Assembly: GCF_013365495.1 (NCBI RefSeq)
Contig: NZ_CP046580.1
Coordinates: 780,001-812,000, forward strand
Length of the DNA stretch: 32,000 nucleotides
Origin: Candidatus Saccharimonadota bacterium
Lineage (GTDB): Bacteria > Pseudomonadota > Alphaproteobacteria > Rickettsiales > Anaplasmataceae
Direction of reading: 5' to 3'
A model generated the notes under the pieces. The model was not told the DNA's origin. It did no database searches and worked only from the letters and a program-made list of their open reading frames with translations. The position numbers and the translations under genes are program-made. Shown piece after piece: positions 21,529 through 29,803 of this stretch. The stretch's first letter is position 1; each line of letters begins with the position of its first letter.

Positions 21529-22467
21529 CTACAAATCACTCATAACCGATATACTTGAATTATTCTCAGTAAATAAATCAATCATAACATTAGGTATTCT
21601 GCCATCAACTATATGAGCAGTTCCAGCACATTCTTCTACCATTTTAGTGCACGCTATAAGTTTTTCAATAAGTCTTTCTCCCCTAATTTTACCACAACTA
21701 ATCGATGTACTTAAATTTTTAATAGATATCCTTCTACTACCAATTTTATCTATCTCTTCTGTATCACTAAAAGTTATCATTTTAGATGCAGAAACTGCAA
21801 TTGCTATTGCACTTGCAGCACTATCAGCATCAATATAATATGTTTCTCCACTTTTTCCATGACCAACAGGTGCAATAACAGGTATAAAATCCGATTCCTC
21901 AATAAAAAATAATATATCAGGATTAACCTCGATTGGCATACCGATAAATCCCATGTCTAATATTCTTTCAATATTATCAGATCCATTTTCCTTAAGAGTA
22001 GCACTTAATTTTTCAGCTTTTATTAAGTTACCATCTTTTCCACACAATCCAATGGCTGAACCACCAGCAGAATTTATGTGCTGAACAATTTTTTTATTAA
22101 CTGAACCACATAACGCCATTTCTATAATTTTCATAGTATCTTTATCTGTAAGCCTGATATTATTCACAAATTTACTACCTATACCCAAAGTTTTTAATAC
22201 AGAATCAATTTCACGCTCTCCATCATGAACTATAACTGGATTTATGCCAAGCTGTTTTAGCAAAACAATATTATGTACAAAAGTGTTAAATAGCGCTTCA
22301 TCTGAAACAGCTATACCACCACACTTAATAACAAAAGTTTCCCCTACAAAGTTTGGTATATTAGATAATACCTCAAGCAATATTTCAGCTTTTTGTTTGA
22401 ATGATATCTCACCATTTAAAAATTCATTATTCTTCATCTTTTTACTTTGCAAATTTGAAAAATTCAT
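21529..22467 (-). CDS. argB: amino-acid kinase family protein, acetylglutamate kinase-like (divergent ArgB)
   Basis: 312 aa with co-linear similarity to NAGK (FVIKCGG, PVIVH, IRLTD, IPVIAPVG, YYIDADSAASAIA, HIVDGR). An alternative start at 22437 (MKNNEF) removes the overlap with engB. Several catalytic motifs are altered; see findings. Confidence 0.75.
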   Translation of the reverse strand: MNFSNLQSKKMKNNEFLNGEISFKQKAEILLEVLSNIPNFVGETFVIKCGGIAVSDEALFNTFVHNIVLLKQLGINPVIVHDGEREIDSVLKTLGIGSKFVNNIRLTDKDTMKIIEMALCGSVNKKIVQHINSAGGSAIGLCGKDGNLIKAEKLSATLKENGSDNIERILDMGFIGMPIEVNPDILFFIEESDFIPVIAPVGHGKSGETYYIDADSAASAIAIAVSASKMITFSDTEEIDKIGSRRISIKNLSTSISCGKIRGERLIEKLIACTKMVEECAGTAHIVDGRIPNVMIDLFTENNSSISVMSDL

Positions 22468-23035
22468 CTCTTACCTTCGCTATTTTGTATTTAATACGAG
22501 TACTTATTTGATGAATTGATATATCCTCTTTATTAATCCATTTTTGAGTGCTTTCTAAAATTGCATCGAGATTTTTCTGATTTACTTTATCTACTTTTGT
22601 TAGCACAATATCAAAGTTAATATTGCTATATATTAACCAATAAATAAAACCTTTGTCTATTTCTTTTAGTCCTACTTTACTGTCTACTAATACAAATACT
22701 TTCCTTAAACTTCTTCTTCTAACCAAATAATATTTGCTCAAGCTTAAATACTGTATCCTTTCTTTCTTACTAGCATAAGAATAACCATATCCTGGTAAAT
22801 CAACAAGTCTAAACTTATCATTATACATAGCATAAAAATTTATTTGTCTAGTGCACCCAGGGCTAGAAGAAACTCTGGCAACCTTTTTACTGTTAATCAA
22901 CAAGTTAATCAAGCTCGACTTTCCTACATTTGATCTACCGGCAAAAGCAATCTCCGGAACAGATTCACTGGGCAATGACTTTATGTTGGAAACCCCAAAC
23001 ATAAAGTGACTGTTTAATGTCATCTTTACTTTCAT
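22442..23035 (-). CDS. engB: ribosome biogenesis GTPase EngB/YihA
   Basis: 197 aa. G1 GRSNVGKSSLIN, G3 DLPGYG, G4 TKVDK. Confidence 0.92.
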   Translation of the reverse strand: MKVKMTLNSHFMFGVSNIKSLPSESVPEIAFAGRSNVGKSSLINLLINSKKVARVSSSPGCTRQINFYAMYNDKFRLVDLPGYGYSYASKKERIQYLSLSKYYLVRRRSLRKVFVLVDSKVGLKEIDKGFIYWLIYSNINFDIVLTKVDKVNQKNLDAILESTQKWINKEDISIHQISTRIKYKIAKVRDEFFKFAK

Positions 23036-23051
23036 TACTATAAAAATATCT

Positions 23052-23089
23052 AAGGTAGTATGTACATTATAAGGTAGTATATATATTAT
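23052..23089. repeat. 19-bp tandem direct repeat, 2 copies
   Basis: AAGGTAGTATGTACATTAT / AAGGTAGTATATATATTAT, 17 of 19 identical. Sits in the engB/prfA divergent spacer, starting 17 nt from the engB start codon. Confidence 0.8.
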
Positions 23090-23171
23090 AATGTTATTAC
23101 TTGATGTAAAATTTTTTTTATTTTAAGTATATGCTATTTACCAAATAGTTGAAATATTAAACTTAAGACGT

Positions 23172-24251
23172 ATGAACATAGAAAATAATTTACAATATTT
23201 AAAAAAAAAATTTAACGATACAGAAAAAAAATTAGCAAACCCTATCAACTTAAATCAAAAAGAATTTATTAATCTTTCAAAAGAATATTCTGAACTTAAA
23301 CCAATTATTAAAATAATTGATGAATATAATATACTAAAAAAAGAAATTTCAGACTTAGAAGAAATACTTAAAGATGAAAATAATGAATATGAAATAAAAG
23401 AGTTAGCAAAAGAAGAATTTTTTGAAAAACAAAAAGTATTGTTACCAAAAATAAAAAATAAGTTAAAATTAGCATTATTACCTAAAGATGAAGACGATTC
23501 AAGAAATGCAATACTAGAAATTAGAGCAGGCACAGGAGGAGAAGAAGCAGCATTATTCGCAGCAATGTTATTCCGCATGTACCAAAAATATGCAGAAAGA
23601 AGAAACTGGAAATTTGAACCAATAAATGTTTCTAGTACAGAAATAGGTGGCTATAAAGAAGCTTCTGTACTTGTTAATGGAACAGAAGTTTTTGCAAGAT
23701 TAAAATTTGAATCAGGAGTACATAGAGTACAGCGAGTACCAGAAACTGAATCTTCAGGAAGATTACACACTTCAGCAGCTACTGTTGCAGTATTACCTGA
23801 AGTCGAAGAAGTTGATTTTAAAATAGAAGAGAAAGATTTACGAATAGATGTTTATAAATCTAGCGGTCCCGGGGGGCAATCAGTTAATACAACTGATAGC
23901 GCAGTAAGAATCACTCACTTACCTACAGGAATAGTTGTAGTACAGCAAGATGAAAAATCACAGCACAAAAACAAGGCCAAAGCGCTTAAAGTATTAAGAG
24001 CAAGACTATATGAAATTGAAAGACAAAAAAAAGAAATAGAAAGATCAACAATGAGAAAGAATCAAATCGGTTCTGGGGATCGTTCTGAGCGCATAAGAAC
24101 CTATAACTTTCCACAATCAAGAATAACAGATCATAGAATTAATCTAACTTCACATAGACTAGAACAGATTGTAAAGGAAGGTGAGTTAGACGAATTTATT
24201 GAAGCATTAATTTCATATAATGAAGCAGAAAGGTTAGTAGGAGAAAATTAA
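23172..24251 (+). CDS. prfA: peptide chain release factor 1
   Basis: 359 aa. GGQ motif in [24 protein letters not shown]. PxT tripeptide region [17 protein letters not shown]. Confidence 0.96.
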   Translation: MNIENNLQYLKKKFNDTEKKLANPINLNQKEFINLSKEYSELKPIIKIIDEYNILKKEISDLEEILKDENNEYEIKELAKEEFFEKQKVLLPKIKNKLKLALLPKDEDDSRNAILEIRAGTGGEEAALFAAMLFRMYQKYAERRNWKFEPINVSSTEIGGYKEASVLVNGTEVFARLKFESGVHRVQRVPETESSGRLHTSAATVAVLPEVEEVDFKIEEKDLRIDVYKSSGPGGQSVNTTDSAVRITHLPTGIVVVQQDEKSQHKNKAKALKVLRARLYEIERQKKEIERSTMRKNQIGSGDRSERIRTYNFPQSRITDHRINLTSHRLEQIVKEGELDEFIEALISYNEAERLVGEN

Positions 24252-24650
24252 TTATCTCTATATTGCTATTCCATCCTATCATTAGATATTTTACTGATTG
24301 ACCATCATTATAAATCTTTCATAGCTGCAAAATCATTATCACATTCAAATATTTTTATATTACCTTTTTTTAACTAAAATAAAAATTCACTCAAGGTTAA
24401 AATAAGTAAACCAAAAAAATTATTATATATAAACACTAGTAACATTTCCTGTTTTACTAAGTATATTTAAACATTACTACTTAACTTACTTACTTTAATT
24501 TAAAAAAATTACATAAATACTAAAAATAAAAAAAAATAATAAATCTTCATTATTGCAATAAAAATAAATTAATTAACTTTTTTTTATTAAAAATTTTATG
24601 TAAAAATCATTTTTGTTGTATTAAATGATAGTAATATTTTAATTAACAAA

Positions 24651-24679
24651 TTGATTTTACAATCATTACAACTTATCAT
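24651..24679 (+). promoter_or_regulatory. candidate sigma-70 promoter for alaS
   Basis: TTGATT (24651-24656), 17-nt spacer, TATCAT (24674-24679), 24 nt upstream of the alaS ATG. Confidence 0.35.
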
Positions 24680-24702
24680 TGACAAATAATTCAGTATAAA
24701 CA

Positions 24703-25992
24703 ATGAAGCTAAATGAAATTAGAGAAAGATTTATAAAATTTTTTGTAAATAACGATCATAAGCATATTTCTTCTTCCTCATTAATCCCAGAAAATGACCA
24801 AACACTCATGTTTACAAATTCTGGTATGGTACAGTTTAAAAATTGCTTCATCGATTCACAAAAAATTGAAACAAAACGTGCTGTTTCGAATCAAAAATGC
24901 TTAAGGGCTGGTGGCAAACACAATGACTTAGAAAATGTTGGCTATACAACTAGACATCACACATTCTTTGAAATGCTTGGAAATTTTAGCTTTGGTGATT
25001 ATTTTAAAGAAACGGCAATAGAACTTGCGTGGAAATTTATTACTAAAGAATTATCTCTTGATAAGAATAGATTATCCGTAACCATCTATCATACTGATGA
25101 TGAATCATACAAGATTTGGCGTAAGGTAAGCGGTCTTTTAGATGATAAAATCATAAGAATCGCAACGGATGATAACTTTTGGAGCATGGGTAATACTGGC
25201 CCATGTGGTCCATGTTCTGAAATCTTTTATGATCATGCAAACCCTAACCTAGAAAACGACGACAAAATTGTTGAAATTTGGAATCTGGTATTCATAGAAT
25301 TTAACAAAAATGAAAAAGGTAATTTACAAAAATTACAAAAAAAATGCATCGATACTGGAATGGGTCTCGAAAGAATAGCTGCCGTGATGCAAAACGTTTA
25401 CGATAATTATGACACTGATTTATTTTTTGCTATAATAAATAAGTCACAAGAATACTGTGGAAATATAGAAAATAAAGTAGCTCACAAAATTATCGCAGAT
25501 CATCTTCGTGCATCTGCATTTCTGATCGCAGAGGGAATACTGCCTGGAAATGAAGGTAGAAATTACGTGTTACGCAGACTAATTAGAAGAGCTGCACGTT
25601 ATATCCACCAACTCGGATATAATAACTCACTACTTCATCACATTTTTCCAGTATTAATAGATAACTCAAGCTCAGCTTACATGGGAGACATTTATCCTGA
25701 GCTAATCAGAGCTAAAAGCTTAATAGAAATGACGTTAAAATCAGAAGAAGAGAATTTTAAAGACACTTTGATAAAAGGCATCAATCTTTTAAAAAAAACT
25801 ACTTTAAATTTTAAACCAGGTGATACTTTTCCAGGAGAATTAGCATTTAAGCTATATGACACTTATGGATTTCCTTTAGATATTACACTCGATATTCTAA
25901 AAGAGAAAAAAATAAATTTTGATCAAAAAGGTTTTGATCATGCAATGGCAAAACAGAAAGAAAGAGGACGTGCTAAATGGGCAAAGATTTAG
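24703..25992 (+). CDS. alaS: alanyl-tRNA synthetase, N-terminal aminoacylation/tRNA-recognition core only (truncated)
   Basis: 429 aa, co-linear with residues 1 to about 457 of E. coli AlaRS. Blocks [86 protein letters not shown]. Ends [13 protein letters not shown] normal bacterial AlaRS is about 870-890 aa. Confidence 0.9.
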   Translation: MKLNEIRERFIKFFVNNDHKHISSSSLIPENDQTLMFTNSGMVQFKNCFIDSQKIETKRAVSNQKCLRAGGKHNDLENVGYTTRHHTFFEMLGNFSFGDYFKETAIELAWKFITKELSLDKNRLSVTIYHTDDESYKIWRKVSGLLDDKIIRIATDDNFWSMGNTGPCGPCSEIFYDHANPNLENDDKIVEIWNLVFIEFNKNEKGNLQKLQKKCIDTGMGLERIAAVMQNVYDNYDTDLFFAIINKSQEYCGNIENKVAHKIIADHLRASAFLIAEGILPGNEGRNYVLRRLIRRAARYIHQLGYNNSLLHHIFPVLIDNSSSAYMGDIYPELIRAKSLIEMTLKSEEENFKDTLIKGINLLKKTTLNFKPGDTFPGELAFKLYDTYGFPLDITLDILKEKKINFDQKGFDHAMAKQKERGRAKWAKI

Positions 25993-26170
25993 TAAAAAGT
26001 ATGTTAAGCAATATACGGCTCAATTTAATTGATAGATTTGCACAATAAGATTTTATTAATATAAACCTAATAGCAAAGAAATAAAATACTATCATAATCT
26101 CTCCTAAAACAAAGTTGTAGTTCTACAAAAAGAGGAAAAATTAATCATATTTGACAAAACATCTCTTTGA
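25983..26170 (+). pseudogene. alaS: decayed remnant of the alaS segment that follows the catalytic core
   Basis: Frame 0 (25983-26066) reads [27 protein letters not shown]. Frame 2 (26111-26170) reads KVVVLQKEEKLIIFDKTSL*, compare E. coli EAVVVLDQTPFYAESGGQ. The frames differ from the intact ORF and contain stops. Confidence 0.5.
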
Positions 26171-26998
26171 TAATAAGTAAAAGTGCTAGTAAGAGTATTA
26201 GAAAATATAAGAAAGAACTTTTTTTAATCTTGTATCAAGACACAAATCAAAAAAAAATTAATAGTGTTTCCTCCATTCACTATATAAATTATACCCACTC
26301 AATGCCTAATTAATAGAAAACACAATAAACATTAAAGAGCTATATAAAGTTGCTTAACACAAAATATGATAAAATTAAGTTGTAAATATTAAGATTCTAA
26401 AGAATCTATGCAAAAATACATACATAAAATACACTAGATAATTAGTTCATTAAAAAAAATAGTATGAATATTCTTACTGTATTCAAAATAAGAGAATTGA
26501 AGCTATAACCAACCAAAAAATAATAATTACATCATAATAATGAAATTAATTTTTTAAAAAAAGTCGTAAAATTTGTAAAAGCTCAAGAAATAAGATACAA
26601 ACCGATTAAATGTTTACCAAGAGCATAAAGAGTCAAGCGCTAAAACAAAACACCTTACAAGCTAAATTATTACTCATATTCTTACAAATAGAATAAAAGA
26701 ACTCACCCTATGCAATAAAAGCTAAAAACAATAATAGTTTTTATAACAACAAAAAAATAAATACTTATACACCTCAATCATCCCAATAAATAACGCTAAA
26801 AATAAAATAGAACCGCTAATTTTCTACTACTAAACAACACACTACTAATAAAATAAGTTTTGCAAAAATAAGCAAGAGTTAGCTAATAAAATCAGTATAA
26901 AAGGAAAGTATTTTAATACTACCACCTATCGCTAAAAAAAATCTGTGCTCTGAAAAAACTTCAGCTACCCAAATAAGTTGTAATAGAATAAGCCATTA

Positions 26999-29746
26999 TT
27001 ACAACCTACAAGTAGAGACCGTTGTTGTCTCCCCTGCATTACAAAGATCACTCAATTTAGTTTTGACCATTTCTTCTGTTCCTTGGCAAATACTTTTATT
27101 TTTACTAGTCAGTGTAAATTCAATATCCTTAAAAAACCTACTCCACATACCACACAAATGCTCTTTTATCTTAGGCCATATATCTCTTCTAAAAGTCTCC
27201 CCATTATCAGAAAATACATTACCTACTAAGACTCCTACTTCTTCATAACTTGCTTCAAAATATTGAAGCAATATTCCTACTTCCTTATAAATATCATGTG
27301 CAGAATCCAAAGCTTTTCCTTCTATACTATTTTTATCTCCAATAGCTGATAATCCAAGCTTATTATAATTTAAAGCAATTTGTGCAGGCTTTACTATCTT
27401 TCTATATACCCATCCCCAACCTTGATCTAATAAATTACCTTCACTATCTTTTGATATACTTCTCGGTACATTATTTACTATATTTTCCATCAAAATACCT
27501 ATCAAAGGAGACAATAGAGCCTGACAAAAATGTTTAATATTATCCTTTGTTTTTATTGTAGGATACTTTATACACTTTTCTGCTAAACAGCATTCAAGTT
27601 CTGCCCTCTCTAATAACTTCTCAATCTCTCCTTCATTAAAAATTTCTTGCTTACATAACTTCAATAAATCATCTTCTATTACTGCGAATCTTATTTTTTC
27701 GCGAGATATTAATTCCTCTCTATAATTATTTTCGGTCTTTTCATTTATTAATAACCCTTCTTTCTCTAATCCTAATCTTTCTAATGTTTCCAGAATTTCT
27801 TGATTATTTTTTAAACATAATTCTATTAACTCTACACTTAAAGACCCCTCTTCCTTAGTATTTTTTTCACTATCCAAGTTCTTATTCTGTTCTTCTATTA
27901 CTTTCTTTAATTTTATAGGTTGAGTTAAATATTTTCCTATTTCTTCTCGATAAGAAACAATCCTATTCACCAAACGTTCTTCATTTTCTCCGTCGAATAA
28001 CATGAACACACCAGTATTATCTTCTATATCCCTTATACTCTTCCCTTGCTCTCGAAACAAACTCTTAGTTTTATATTTCATTATTTCTGAATACATTTTA
28101 TCTAATAGGAGGTTTACTTCATGATAAGAACACACATTTATATCTAAATTATAAAACTCACTAAGTAAACTTTGCTTCATATCAATTGTCAAATCTGATT
28201 TATTTAACATCACTTCAGCCTTGCTCACTTTCGATTTTATTAACTCTCGGTAAACACATTGATTAGTAGGTTCAAACTTAAAAATATCTTCAAGTTTTCT
28301 CCTCAAATTATTACCAACTGAATCACTATTTTTGTTTAAGGCTTTATGTATCTCTGGATACATTATCTCCAATTTTTCTTTTATATCCTGATATTTGCGT
28401 TTTCCTCTATTTTTTAATTCTTCAATCAAACTTCTAGCCTTAGAAACAGCCTTTTTCATCTCCTGAGGATATATTTCGTTGTAAACACCAATCACCCCAC
28501 CAGCCATACGTTGTCTCCATTTTGCTCTAAATAAAGGAAGTACACCACTTCTTAAGTTATTTGATATTCTCAAATCCTTCATTATCATTTCCTTTTCAGT
28601 CGGCAACTCTTTACCTTGACTCTTTAATTCCTGTTCTACCAATACTTCCTTAAGTCTTTCTTCTATATCCATCCCTCCTCTTCTCTCTCTTTCTTTCTGT
28701 GCAATTTTAACTACCTGTATAAAAGCAACTCTATAAGCATCCTGTATTAAATGACTTGTTAACTTAAAATCTACCCCATCCACTACTTTAAACCTGAACT
28801 CATTCAATAATTTTTTCAACTTATCATACGTAATACCCTTCCCCCCAAGTTTTACCAATCTCTCAATAAACTTTGCAAATTCTTGAATCAATTTTGTAAT
28901 TACACTCTTAATCTCGCTATATAAATACACAAGACCATTTTTTAAATGAACATTAGCTGACAACTTAAGTATAGTACTGTGTTTCACATTTTGTGCAACA
29001 AATAGCTTACCATTTTTATTTTGACACAAATCTCTAAGTAACTGCCCAAATTGTGGTGGAAACTTAATCTTCATATCCCACGCAACATCTTGGTTAAGAG
29101 TTCCTGTTTCAGGACTTACCTCGCAAAAAGATACTTTAATACTTCGGTATTCATTATGATATAATCCCATACTGATTCTAAGAGCAGCAATTAAAAAATG
29201 AGATAACTCTCTGTTTAAAAGATAAAAAATAGCTAAAGTAAGTGTTGCAGGAATAACCAAGACCATCAACATAGCAATATTAATAAAAATTACTATCACA
29301 GTAAGAACATTATATACTATTTTTTTTAAAATACTTCTACTCACTTTATTTCCTTTTATTTTATTTTCATTAAAACCAGCCTGTGTTTTATCATCTACTT
29401 TGAATCTATTAAATATAACTAATCCCAATGCAACAAAAGCAAGATAAGGAAGCATCAAAACTGATAAGGCCAAACTTAATACCCGTCTTTCTGGACAAGC
29501 TCTATTTATTTCTTTAAATATTTCACTCGATACATTATACCAAGAAGTAAAAAAATCAGAGCTATAACCTTTATAGTGAAATAAACTCAATGGAATATCA
29601 AAAGCAATAACTTGATCCTTACTCCTTAAGTTTTCCCGTTTTTCCAAAAAAGAAATAGATTTTTGTTTTTCTGAATTAATAACAGGCCCTTTTCTATCCA
29701 AACTATTACCATCATCTAAGTCATCAACCTTAATAGCTATACTCAT
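26999..29746 (-). CDS. large hypothetical membrane-associated protein (lineage-specific orphan)
   Basis: 915 aa uninterrupted ORF in about 25% GC DNA. Hydrophobic cluster at about aa 85-200 (VLSLALSVLMLPYLAFVALGLVIF; VLTVIVIFINIAMLMVLVIPATLTLAIFYLL). Long Lys/Glu-rich helical C-terminal region. Lies 57 nt downstream of ileS on the same strand. Confidence 0.8.
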   Translation of the reverse strand: MSIAIKVDDLDDGNSLDRKGPVINSEKQKSISFLEKRENLRSKDQVIAFDIPLSLFHYKGYSSDFFTSWYNVSSEIFKEINRACPERRVLSLALSVLMLPYLAFVALGLVIFNRFKVDDKTQAGFNENKIKGNKVSRSILKKIVYNVLTVIVIFINIAMLMVLVIPATLTLAIFYLLNRELSHFLIAALRISMGLYHNEYRSIKVSFCEVSPETGTLNQDVAWDMKIKFPPQFGQLLRDLCQNKNGKLFVAQNVKHSTILKLSANVHLKNGLVYLYSEIKSVITKLIQEFAKFIERLVKLGGKGITYDKLKKLLNEFRFKVVDGVDFKLTSHLIQDAYRVAFIQVVKIAQKERERRGGMDIEERLKEVLVEQELKSQGKELPTEKEMIMKDLRISNNLRSGVLPLFRAKWRQRMAGGVIGVYNEIYPQEMKKAVSKARSLIEELKNRGKRKYQDIKEKLEIMYPEIHKALNKNSDSVGNNLRRKLEDIFKFEPTNQCVYRELIKSKVSKAEVMLNKSDLTIDMKQSLLSEFYNLDINVCSYHEVNLLLDKMYSEIMKYKTKSLFREQGKSIRDIEDNTGVFMLFDGENEERLVNRIVSYREEIGKYLTQPIKLKKVIEEQNKNLDSEKNTKEEGSLSVELIELCLKNNQEILETLERLGLEKEGLLINEKTENNYREELISREKIRFAVIEDDLLKLCKQEIFNEGEIEKLLERAELECCLAEKCIKYPTIKTKDNIKHFCQALLSPLIGILMENIVNNVPRSISKDSEGNLLDQGWGWVYRKIVKPAQIALNYNKLGLSAIGDKNSIEGKALDSAHDIYKEVGILLQYFEASYEEVGVLVGNVFSDNGETFRRDIWPKIKEHLCGMWSRFFKDIEFTLTSKNKSICQGTEEMVKTKLSDLCNAGETTTVSTCRL

Positions 29747-29803
29747 ACATAACCTTGTCTGAAAGAGCTTAACTATAGCATAAATAACAAAATTTTCAAC
29801 TAC

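Noticed and set aside
23736-23744. The RF1 tripeptide reads PET instead of the common PAT or PVT.
   Set aside because: The middle residue of PxT is variable among RF1 proteins. The rest of the domain and the GGQ motif are canonical. This is not evidence of altered stop-codon recognition.
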